Translations under genes and position numbers: made by a program
Sequence record: MT234343.1
DNA: 24,000 nucleotides
From: Agrobacterium phage OLIVR6
Strand: one strand, 5' to 3'
In this document: positions 15,151-22,697 of the stretch, piece after piece
How the letters are laid out: the number at the start of each line of letters is the position of its first letter
Position numbering within the stretch: position 1 is the first letter of the stretch
The notes under the pieces: model-generated
What the model saw: only the letters and a program-made list of their open reading frames with translations
The model's database searches: none
Told to the model about the DNA's origin: nothing

Positions 15151-15671
15151 TATTTCTTTCCGATACTCACTTCTATGCCGTAGCATTTGGCATAATAGAG
15201 TCCGATTTCCGGAACGTCGATGAGGGCGCCTGTGGCTACCTTCTTAATGAAATCCAGGTTCGGATTTATGGCTGTGTATTTATTGTCTCGAACCAGAACG
15301 ACGACACGGATTTCGACATCGTTTGGATGATTTCGGCCTCGAGTGACGATAGTCTTTTCTCGACTACTATCATTGAAGACATTCTCAATCGCTCGAGCGA
15401 CGGGAGATATCGAAGCATCTACTGAACTGATGAGCTTGATCTTATTGGAAGGAAGGACCTCATACCTAAGATCCGCTAGTTTTTCGTCGGTCACGTCCGG
15501 AGAAACGACGAGCTTTCTGGTTTCTCCATCTTTCTCGAAATCGTCTGTCTTCACGACTACGAAACCGATATTGTGCTTTACTTCTATCTGAGTCCCGAAT
15601 CGATGGTTGCCGCCGTGATCGTAGAGCCTTTCTCGAGAATAATAAATGATGGAAGGAATTCCGTGTGCCAT
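15150..15671 (-). CDS. Hypothetical protein
   Basis: Strong RBS (TTTTAAGGAGAAGACATGG). Confidence 0.55.
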   Translation of the reverse strand: MAHGIPSIIYYSRERLYDHGGNHRFGTQIEVKHNIGFVVVKTDDFEKDGETRKLVVSPDVTDEKLADLRYEVLPSNKIKLISSVDASISPVARAIENVFNDSSREKTIVTRGRNHPNDVEIRVVVLVRDNKYTAINPNLDFIKKVATGALIDVPEIGLYYAKCYGIEVSIGKK

Positions 15672-15722
15672 GTCTTCTCCTTAAAATATTCAATAAATAC
15701 CATACACCGTTTCAAAGGGATT

Positions 15723-15728
15723 GTAAAC
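15723..15728 (-). promoter_or_regulatory. Putative promoter element GTTTAC upstream of 15671
   Basis: Minus strand CATGTTTACAATCCCTTTGAAACGGTGTATGGT; spacing of 18 nt to TATGGT. Confidence 0.4.
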
Positions 15729-16217
15729 ATGGACTCTTCAAAAATTCTGCTGGTTTCGAGGATCGGCGCCACGAATTTGGTAGAGGCCGAAATCGATCCT
15801 CTTCCCCTCCAGCTCCTCGACGGAATGGAACCGACTAACTCCTTTGGATCGTATGATCCGACAGGGAAGTTCGTCAAGAATCCTATCCGTTACGATTCCG
15901 ATATGACCGAGATGCTGGAAAGAGCTTGTTCTGTTGGTCTTGTACTTGTTGACGAAGCTGAAGACGTCAGAGAAATTCCTTTCTCTAAAATCTGCACGGA
16001 TCAGAAAGTTATCGTTCGAGACAAGGTTAAAGGACTCATCGAGAAGATGCAATCCGGTGGATGGGATGCCAACAGAGGATATCCTATTGCTGTGAGGTTC
16101 GAGTATGGTGACAAGTGGATTATCCGAGATGGGAATCATCGTGCTTCTGCCGAGTTGCTACTGGGCGCTTCCAATCTCAAATGTCTTGTGATCCACGTCA
16201 AAGACTCCTTCATGTAA
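15729..16217 (+). CDS. ParB/sulfiredoxin-fold-like protein
   Basis: REIPFSKICTDQKVIVRDKVKGLIEKM...YPIAVRFEYGDKWIIRDGNHRASAELLLGASNLKCLVIHV matches a ParB-N 'DGNHR' pattern. ORF track 15573..16217; ATG at 15729 is preceded by AAAGGGA. Confidence 0.65.
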   Translation: MDSSKILLVSRIGATNLVEAEIDPLPLQLLDGMEPTNSFGSYDPTGKFVKNPIRYDSDMTEMLERACSVGLVLVDEAEDVREIPFSKICTDQKVIVRDKVKGLIEKMQSGGWDANRGYPIAVRFEYGDKWIIRDGNHRASAELLLGASNLKCLVIHVKDSFM

Positions 16218-16225
16218 ACCCTACG

Positions 16226-16248
16226 CGAGGCCAGAATTTCTGGCCTCG
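16226..16248. terminator. Strong hairpin, 11-bp inverted repeat, between convergent genes (candidate bidirectional terminator)
   Basis: CGAGGCCAGAA-T-TTCTGGCCTCG located 9 nt after the stop of the plus-strand gene. No clear U-tract. Confidence 0.5.
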
Positions 16249-16341
16249 GAGGGGATCATAGTCCTCCACGTAATCCACGGATATAGTAACTGGTCACCGC
16301 TAGCCATACGACCATGACGGTAACGAATGCGACGACGTGTG

Positions 16342-16521
16342 TCAGAGATTCCAAAACTTTGCTCCATCGATTGATGACATAAAGAGTGTGAAGATCGTAA
16401 GAAGAGTCATCATGAAAGACATCTTGTAATCGCCGAACCTATGCAACCTTGCGAACGCATATCCGAGATATACAAGATTGATGGCCATAACGATGGCCAT
16501 CAGAATTATTGCTGCTTTCAA
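16342..16521 (-). CDS. Small membrane protein (59 aa, TTG start), below the ORF-track cutoff
   Basis: (M)KAAIILMAIVMAINLVYLGYAFARLHRFGDYKMSFMMTLLTIFTLFMSSIDGAKFWNL*. TTG overlaps the TGA of the upstream gene, with GGAAGAGG just before; two hydrophobic segments. Confidence 0.45.
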   Translation of the reverse strand: MKAAIILMAIVMAINLVYLGYAFARLHRFGDYKMSFMMTLLTIFTLFMSSIDGAKFWNL

Positions 16522-16745
16522 GACCTCTTCCTTTCACGGAATGCTCGAGCCGCTGCCAGCTTGTCAGAAGAGTCGAATTCCTTCTGGACAGGCTTCTCAC
16601 GACGGATCCGTTCAGGTCGAGCAGAGCGACGACGGATTTCAGCTTCGCGTTTCTGATCAATCTTCTTCTCGGCGGCGCCGAAAATCTTGTTGATGAACCA
16701 TTCGAAGATCATGACGCCGACAATGAGCTTGATGAAACGAAACAT
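16518..16745 (-). CDS. Small membrane-anchored basic protein (MFRFIKLIVGVMIFEWFINKIFGAAEKK...)
   Basis: Internal ATG at 16745 overlaps the upstream stop (1 nt). N-terminal TM segment followed by an RK-rich tail. Confidence 0.55.
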   Translation of the reverse strand: MFRFIKLIVGVMIFEWFINKIFGAAEKKIDQKREAEIRRRSARPERIRREKPVQKEFDSSDKLAAARAFRERKRS

Positions 16746-17041
16746 CAGTCGTACTCCACTGCGCCCGGATAATCCGGATAAGGCTCGACGTAGTGATCCT
16801 TGCGGCTTTCGTAGTGCCATTCCCAATTGTCCACTCCGCCAAATTCTAGCGCCGTAAGCTCCGCAGATTCGCGTTCAAGACTTACGAGATTGTCCAGCCG
16901 AATGAATTCGAGGTGGTCGGCTTCAGGCTTGTTCCGGTTCGCCATGGAAAGCGTGGTCTTCTTGAAGTTCTCGAGACCGAACTCGTCGATAGCATCAGCG
17001 ATAATCTTTTCGAGAGACTCTTTGTGTTCCGCCGGCATCAT
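16745..17041 (-). CDS. Hypothetical protein
   Basis: ATGA overlap with the upstream gene. Confidence 0.55.
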   Translation of the reverse strand: MMPAEHKESLEKIIADAIDEFGLENFKKTTLSMANRNKPEADHLEFIRLDNLVSLERESAELTALEFGGVDNWEWHYESRKDHYVEPYPDYPGAVEYD

Positions 17042-17565
17042 TTCAAAATTCCTTTCAACTGGATAAGCTCGTCAGTCAGGTCAGCAATTTCCTGAGCGAG
17101 CTTATCGACGTTCTTCAACGCCTTCTTCTTTTCCGAAATCTTCTTTTCCAGGTTCTTCAACCTGTTCTGAGAGTTCACATATTGCATGTACTTCGGGTTC
17201 ATGCGTTCGTAGAACATCTCATCGGTCTCTGGCATCCTTACCTTAACGTGAGAGTCGAGGTCTCCGTTATAGTCAGTTTCGATATCGACTTTCAAGAGTT
17301 CAACGTTTCCGTCTTGTGCTCTCTGCCGCATCTTTCCGAAGGATTCGATCATTTCCTTCTTGACCTTTTCTGCCCATTCTTCGATGTCATCTTCAGATGA
17401 GAAAGAAAGAGTGTCATTATAGACGTCGATGACGTCCTTGAAGAAGGCTGGTTCGTGACCGAAAACGTCGTAATAATACGACAAAATCTTGTCTACAGTT
17501 TTCCTCTCGTGTCCATGAGCTGATGCCCATTTGAGGAAATCATTGATATCAGAAGCAGAAGGCAT
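17038..17565 (-). CDS. Hypothetical coiled-coil protein (MPSASDINDFLKWASAHGHERKTVDKIL...)
   Basis: ORF track 17038..17826 trimmed to ATG at 17565 with strong RBS CTAAAGGAGAATGAAATG. Confidence 0.65.
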   Translation of the reverse strand: MPSASDINDFLKWASAHGHERKTVDKILSYYYDVFGHEPAFFKDVIDVYNDTLSFSSEDDIEEWAEKVKKEMIESFGKMRQRAQDGNVELLKVDIETDYNGDLDSHVKVRMPETDEMFYERMNPKYMQYVNSQNRLKNLEKKISEKKKALKNVDKLAQEIADLTDELIQLKGILK

Positions 17566-17617
17566 TTCATTCTCCTTTAGAGAGGAGGAAATCATTCGGT
17601 TTCCTCCTGGATTGAGA

Positions 17618-17863
17618 TTACTCGATGCCGAGAGCATTCTTGTAGGTTTCGAAGATTGCTTCTTCTTCGACGCGTTCCGCAGGGTCCTGGCGACGAGTAC
17701 GGATGATCTTCCGTGTGGCCTTTTTGTCATAGCCGGCGCTGTGGAGTTCGTCGAAGACAGCCTTGATATCGCCCTGGATGTTCTTCTTTTCTTCTTCGAG
17801 ACGCTCGATGCGCTCAACGAATGCACGGTATTCTGCAGATGCGGTCTTGTTTACTTCAGTCAT
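17618..17863 (-). CDS. gapR: GapR-like (DUF2312) DNA-binding/nucleoid-associated protein
   Basis: YRAFVERIERLEEEKKNIQGDIKAVFDELHSAGYDKKATRKIIRTRRQDPAERVEEEAIFETYKNALG closely matches the alphaproteobacterial GapR/DUF2312 pattern. RBS GAAGGAAATGAAATG. Confidence 0.9.
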   Translation of the reverse strand: MTEVNKTASAEYRAFVERIERLEEEKKNIQGDIKAVFDELHSAGYDKKATRKIIRTRRQDPAERVEEEAIFETYKNALGIE

Positions 17864-17873
17864 TTCATTTCCT

Positions 17874-18287
17874 TCAGGTTTTGAGGTGGTTAGAGTTGTT
17901 GCTTGTCATTCGGTCAACCGAATATTCCATGAGCATATGAGACCTGGCTTCATGCCAATCGAACATGGTACATTCAAGGATAGCCGAAAATGAAATCGGT
18001 TCTCCGGTTTTGCAAATGAAAAGAGCATCTTGAATTGAGATGTTTTCGCTTACGAGATGAAGCTTAACACGGTTTCTGAAGAATGTAAAATCCTTTTTGC
18101 ATCCGTGTTCATCTTTTTTGATCTCGAGATTTACGAGGATCATTGGGTTACCGAACATATCTCGACCCAGAGCCTGAGGGCTCGTGACGAGGCGGCGTTC
18201 GCCGGAGTCCATGCATTCGACGATCCAGATAGGATATGAGAAGCCTTTAAACATCTCATAAAATCCTGGAACCTTCTTCTCGGTCAT
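17874..18287 (-). CDS. Hypothetical protein (MTEKKVPGFYEMFKGFSYPIWIVECMDSGERR...)
   Basis: ORF track 17874..18671. The region upstream of 18421 is a shadow frame of the adhesin gene; ATG at 18287 has GGAG/AGGA upstream. Confidence 0.5.
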   Translation of the reverse strand: MTEKKVPGFYEMFKGFSYPIWIVECMDSGERRLVTSPQALGRDMFGNPMILVNLEIKKDEHGCKKDFTFFRNRVKLHLVSENISIQDALFICKTGEPISFSAILECTMFDWHEARSHMLMEYSVDRMTSNNSNHLKT

Positions 18288-18386
18288 TTCCTGTATCTCC
18301 AATCTCTGGAATAGTGTTGGATGGTGTGGTGTGGTTAAATGTATGCTTACACTAGGATCAAGGTTCAAGTAAATACCTAAAATCCC

Positions 18387-18415
18387 CTCCAAGGCGAAAT
18401 AAATCCGCCTTAGAG
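18387..18415 (-). terminator. Candidate terminator hairpin after the second adhesin gene
   Basis: Minus strand CTCTAAGGCG-GATTTATTT-CGCCTTGGAG: 10-bp stem with one G-U pair, then GGGATTTTAGG. Located just after the stop at 18421. Confidence 0.5.
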
Positions 18416-18420
18416 TTTTG

Positions 18421-19545
18421 TCAGTTTCTAGGACCGTCGAGAGTTCCTGTTCCGGCATAGGTGTATGGCACGTTTTTCCAGACCGAAAATCCTGCAGGAC
18501 CTCCATTACCGGATGGCCAATCTGGCCACCTTCCGCCATCACCGTTTCCATCTGCTCCTCTTTCACCAGGAGAACCGTTTTCTCCTGCTTGACCAAGAAA
18601 TCCTCCGCGACCGCCAGCTCCACCATTACCACCACGACCGGAGTTTGCAGCGCCTGTAAGGCCTGGTTCACCTGGTTGGCCTCCTTGAGGACCTGAAGCT
18701 AATCCGCCTTGACCCCATCCGCCAACACTAAAAGTGCCGATCCATCTGCCACCGGAACCACCACCACCCCAGACTTGCTCGTCACGCTCTCTACGGATTT
18801 CGTAGAAGTTCATATTATTAAATCTCTCTCGATAATTGCCGTAATACCATCTCCATCCGTCTCGCTCGACTCCTTGACCATTCCAACCGTTTCGGTATTC
18901 GCCATTCCACCACCAATAGCTAGGCTCGCCGTGGGCAGTTCGAGGATTGTTCAGCTGATAGGCTGGACCTTCATTGATCCTATTCCACCAAAAACCTGAA
19001 CCGCCTGTTCCACCTGGACCACCAGCACCGCCGCCGCCGCCGCCGCCAGAGATTCGGCCGTTGTTAGTGATGATCGTATTAGGGTGGAAAACAGAAATCC
19101 CAGCACCGCCCTGCTTACCATTTCTTTCAGAAGCGTTCGTAGAACCCCATCCGTTTTGGCCTCCGTGGCCTACAACATGAGCTCCTGCTTCAATGACGAT
19201 TTCTACGACGTTATTGCCGAAATCCGTCTGAATGACGATGGCTGCCTCTCCGACTCTGTCAGAATAAACTGTCACACCAGAACGGATAATGACAGTCTTC
19301 TTGTTAAGAGACGCTCTTTCAGCTGCAGTGAAAAGACTGGCGACGTTCAAGTCACCTCTAGTAGCCGTGATAACCTTCGTGATATCTCCGGAGAGACCAA
19401 GAAAGTCAGACCATTTGATTTGGCCTGACGTTGGTAGAGAAGGACTCGCTCCATAAAAATTCGATAATAGGACAGGTCTTTGATCTTTCCTGAATTCGTT
19501 GGCGATTTGAGAAAGCGTCAAAGGTCCGACAATAGGTAGAGGCAT
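18421..19545 (-). CDS. Glycine-rich receptor-recognition/adhesin-like tail fiber protein (paralog 2)
   Basis: N-terminal MPLPIVGPLTLSQIANEFR..SGQIKWSDFLG module followed by Gly-rich GGGGGGGAGGPGGTGG and GRGGNGGAGGRGG tracts, reminiscent of gp38-type adhesins. Confidence 0.72.
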   Translation of the reverse strand: MPLPIVGPLTLSQIANEFRKDQRPVLLSNFYGASPSLPTSGQIKWSDFLGLSGDITKVITATRGDLNVASLFTAAERASLNKKTVIIRSGVTVYSDRVGEAAIVIQTDFGNNVVEIVIEAGAHVVGHGGQNGWGSTNASERNGKQGGAGISVFHPNTIITNNGRISGGGGGGGAGGPGGTGGSGFWWNRINEGPAYQLNNPRTAHGEPSYWWWNGEYRNGWNGQGVERDGWRWYYGNYRERFNNMNFYEIRRERDEQVWGGGGSGGRWIGTFSVGGWGQGGLASGPQGGQPGEPGLTGAANSGRGGNGGAGGRGGFLGQAGENGSPGERGADGNGDGGRWPDWPSGNGGPAGFSVWKNVPYTYAGTGTLDGPRN

Positions 19546-19556
19546 ATTCTTCTCCT

Positions 19557-20687
19557 TTAAGCTGTGTGTCTGGAACCGAGTAGAGTTCCCGATCCGGAGT
19601 AAACATATGGAGTATTTGACCAGACCGAAAATCCTGCTGCTCCACCATTACCTGGAGATTGTTCAGGAGGACGACCTCCATCGCCGTTTCCGCCTTCTCC
19701 CCAGGCTCCACCTTGACCTCCGCCGCCAGGCTGGCCAAATGAACCACCGTTTCCGCCAGCACCACCGTTTCCGCCGCGACCGGAATTAGGCCATCCGTTT
19801 GCTTGGCCAGGCATTCCAGGTTGGCCTCCTTGAGGACCTGAAGCTAATCCACCTTGACCCCATCCGCCGGCGCCATAGCTTCCTTGCCAATGACCTGGGT
19901 CACCACCGCTACCCCATCTTGCTTCATCTCTTTCTCGACGAATTTCGTAAAGCGGAATACCGCCATCGTTCTCTCGATAGTTGCCGTAATACCATCTCCA
20001 TCCGTCTCGCTCGACTCCTTGACCATTCCAGCCGTTTCGATATTCTCCAAACCACCACCAATAGCTAGGAGAACCGTGGGCAGTTCGAGGGTTATTAAAT
20101 TGATATGCAGGACCTTCATTGATCCGCTCCCAATAATAACCAGAGCCGCCTCTTCCACCTACGCCGCCTGCGCCACCGCCGCCACCGCCGCCAGCGATAG
20201 TGCCATTGTTGACAACTTCAACATTTGAGCGAAAAATAGAAATTCCTGCACCGCCTTGCTTTCCATCTTTCTCGGCCTGGTTTCCAGAACCCCATCCATA
20301 TTGGCCTCCGTGGCCATAAACCGATGCTCCAGGTTCTACAATTACTGTGACTTTTCCTGTTCCGACGTTATTCGCGATATTGATCGCAGGTCTACCTAAA
20401 GTATCACTATAAGCTAGAGCGCCTGTCTTGATTTCCAATCGAATGTCGAGATTCGATGCGGCTTCGGCTTCTGTTAGAAGATCACGAAGATCGGTTGCAG
20501 ATTTATTGCCTGTGATAGTTTTTAAAATCCCTCCATTCAAACCGTAGAAGTCTGAGAATTTTATCGCACCACTTGTAGGGAGAGCAGGATTAGCTCCGTA
20601 AAACGACGAAAGGGAGACCGGTGAAGGTCTCCTGAATTCGGCAGCAATTTGAGTGGCGCTAAGAGGACCGCTTGTCGGCAGAACCAT
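19557..20687 (-). CDS. Glycine-rich receptor-recognition/adhesin-like tail fiber protein (paralog 1)
   Basis: Same architecture as 18421..19545 and collinear with it at the amino-acid level throughout. Confidence 0.72.
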   Translation of the reverse strand: MVLPTSGPLSATQIAAEFRRPSPVSLSSFYGANPALPTSGAIKFSDFYGLNGGILKTITGNKSATDLRDLLTEAEAASNLDIRLEIKTGALAYSDTLGRPAINIANNVGTGKVTVIVEPGASVYGHGGQYGWGSGNQAEKDGKQGGAGISIFRSNVEVVNNGTIAGGGGGGGAGGVGGRGGSGYYWERINEGPAYQFNNPRTAHGSPSYWWWFGEYRNGWNGQGVERDGWRWYYGNYRENDGGIPLYEIRRERDEARWGSGGDPGHWQGSYGAGGWGQGGLASGPQGGQPGMPGQANGWPNSGRGGNGGAGGNGGSFGQPGGGGQGGAWGEGGNGDGGRPPEQSPGNGGAAGFSVWSNTPYVYSGSGTLLGSRHTA

Positions 20688-22471
20688 TATTCAATTCCTT
20701 TGAGTTTCTTGATCTCTTCTCGAAGCAATCTATTCTCATATTCCATCGTAGATTTGAGTTCCTTAATGGCCTCGATGAAGTAGCCTGCCAACTGCATATA
20801 CTTGACAGATTTGATCCCATCGTGATTCGTGTGAACAAGATGAGGATCAATCTTTTCGAGTTCCTGAGCGATAACACCTCGACCTGGAGAACCATGCATA
20901 TTGTATTTGACGCCACGCATAGCAGAGACGCAAGAGAGACCATCCTTAATAGTTTCTACATCTGATTTTAGAGATGCGTCTGACAGACCGCTGATGTCGT
21001 TAGGAGTGGTAATCGTTCCTGCTACATCTAGGTTGCCATCGATTTTCCAACCAGACGTTCCGTTTCCGATCTTGAGTTCGACTGGACCGTTAGCGTCTTG
21101 TTCACCGATAGACCATTTCAATTGACCTGCTGGATTATAGCCGACAATCATGCCGGTCTTTGTTCCAGAAGGCTGAATAGCAATACCGCCTGAAGCAGCG
21201 TCAGGTTTTATCGTAACAGTGCCAGTCAGAATTCCACCTGTAGTAGTCAGATAGTCACCAGCAAAAGCGATATTCTTCCATGTGCCGCCAGAGAGGACCT
21301 GTAGAGGATTGTTGGCATCATTCTGAATGCGAACTCGGTAGGTGCCTACGAAACCAAAGTTGAACATGCCTGTGCCTCGGTTATCGAAGACCGCATGACC
21401 GTTATCGCCTGACATTCTCTGGATACGGAAATCGTAGTCTCGAGTGGCATTCGGCGTAGAGAAGAAGTTGAACGACTGGTTTCGGCTCGTGCCTACACCT
21501 CTACCGAAGTTCACGGTCGAGACAAGTTCCAGGTTTTCTTGCTTGTCAGAGTAGCCGATGTTGTCATAGAGCTCATTGATCGCATTGACAATAGACGATT
21601 TTTCTGCAGTCTTCAAACCGCTGAGAGAACCGATTCCTACTACGACTTCGTTGATCGCGTTGACGAGAGTGTTCTTGTTCTGAGTCTGAAGGTTGTTGAG
21701 ATTACCAGTTCTGGCGATTTCGGCAACTTGGCCACGAGGAACAGCATCAGTTTCTAAGACCGAAAGACCAAGGTTCCGGAGCTTTCGACCATTGAAATTG
21801 ATGTCAGCAGAAGGAGAATTCGTTCCGTCGAGCTTCAAGAAACCATCGGCACGAACTTTCAGCTCATTGATAGCTTCGACAAGGCTATTTTTCCTGGTCG
21901 TGATCAAAGCAGACATGTCACCGATAGCAGCATGGTTCTTGTTGACCGCAGAGATGAGGTTGTCATCGCCGGTTGCAAGGTTACCAATGAAGCCTACCGA
22001 ACGATACACATCGTTGATAGCGCCCACGAGGGTAAATCGATCCTGGGTCATCAGAATAGACATGTCGCCGATCGAAGTCGATGCGGAAGCGATAGAGTTA
22101 ATGGCAGAAACGAGAGATAATTTAGACGGAGTCTGAAGAGCATTCAGGTTACCGATCTCATTGTCGTGCTCGTTGATAGCTGCGACTAGGTTATTCTTCG
22201 AAGTCGTCGTAAGATCGAGGAGGTTTCCTGTGATTTTCTCGAGAAGGAAGCCATTCAAGAACTCATCATAAACAGAATTGAGGGCTGCTACGAGACTCGT
22301 CTTGTCACTGGTTTCTAACTGACCGACATCACCGATGGCGACTTCGTTCGAGTTAGCCAGAATAGACACATCTCGGATACGACCGAAAGCGGTGTTTGCG
22401 CTGTCGATAGCCTCAGGAACAGTGGTCGTGCCAGGAATTACGGGAGGAATAGGAGTTGTATCGACGGACAT
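20687..22471 (-). CDS. Tail fiber protein with repeat shaft and C-terminal S74-type intramolecular chaperone domain
   Basis: About eight L-x-T-x-x-K-x-x-(L/I)V-x-A-(I/L)N repeats. C-terminus SDASLKSDVETIKDGLSCVSAMRGVKYN...RGVIAQELEKIDPHLV...KSVKYMQLAGYFIEAIKEL. Confidence 0.85.
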   Translation of the reverse strand: MSVDTTPIPPVIPGTTTVPEAIDSANTAFGRIRDVSILANSNEVAIGDVGQLETSDKTSLVAALNSVYDEFLNGFLLEKITGNLLDLTTTSKNNLVAAINEHDNEIGNLNALQTPSKLSLVSAINSIASASTSIGDMSILMTQDRFTLVGAINDVYRSVGFIGNLATGDDNLISAVNKNHAAIGDMSALITTRKNSLVEAINELKVRADGFLKLDGTNSPSADINFNGRKLRNLGLSVLETDAVPRGQVAEIARTGNLNNLQTQNKNTLVNAINEVVVGIGSLSGLKTAEKSSIVNAINELYDNIGYSDKQENLELVSTVNFGRGVGTSRNQSFNFFSTPNATRDYDFRIQRMSGDNGHAVFDNRGTGMFNFGFVGTYRVRIQNDANNPLQVLSGGTWKNIAFAGDYLTTTGGILTGTVTIKPDAASGGIAIQPSGTKTGMIVGYNPAGQLKWSIGEQDANGPVELKIGNGTSGWKIDGNLDVAGTITTPNDISGLSDASLKSDVETIKDGLSCVSAMRGVKYNMHGSPGRGVIAQELEKIDPHLVHTNHDGIKSVKYMQLAGYFIEAIKELKSTMEYENRLLREEIKKLKGIE

Positions 22472-22689
22472 TATGCAGCACCTCTTAACATCAAGATGAT
22501 GGACTCCAACTCCTCGATTTTCTCCTCGAGAGCCGTGATCCGTTCATCGGTTCTTTTTAGTCTTTCCGACTCTAATTTTTTGGCCTTCCGTTGTTGGAAA
22601 GCATCAAGATCCGTCCGGATAATCGCTCCGGACGTGACATCTCTTGCCAGAGTAGAGTCTTCTCTAACTCTGTGTAATTCTCTTTGCAT
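22471..22689 (-). CDS. Small coiled-coil protein, probably tail-fiber associated
   Basis: Overlaps the fiber start by 1 nt; heptad-like RITALEEKIEELESIILMLRG. Confidence 0.55.
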   Translation of the reverse strand: MQRELHRVREDSTLARDVTSGAIIRTDLDAFQQRKAKKLESERLKRTDERITALEEKIEELESIILMLRGAA

Positions 22690-22697
22690 CTTTCACC

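Noticed and set aside
15738-16139. Minus-strand ORF of 133 aa
   Set aside because: Antisense to the plus-strand ParB-like gene, which has a better RBS and a recognisable DGNHR motif.
16214-16219. Additional GTTTAC word on the minus strand
   Set aside because: It arises from the TAA stop context of the plus-strand gene, and no minus-strand gene starts nearby.
18421-18671. N-terminal extension of ORF 17874..18671
   Set aside because: Out-of-frame shadow of the Gly-rich adhesin coding sequence; a better start with RBS exists at 18287.
19406-19765. Minus-strand ORF MVLAETVVHLASLAAEVKV...
   Set aside because: Same kind of shadow frame across the end of the other adhesin gene.
18900-20200. Gly-rich GGN tracts as possible simple-sequence phase-variation repeats
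   Set aside because: The repeats are degenerate coding for Gly-rich loops, not long homogeneous microsatellites, so slippage-based phase variation is not supported.
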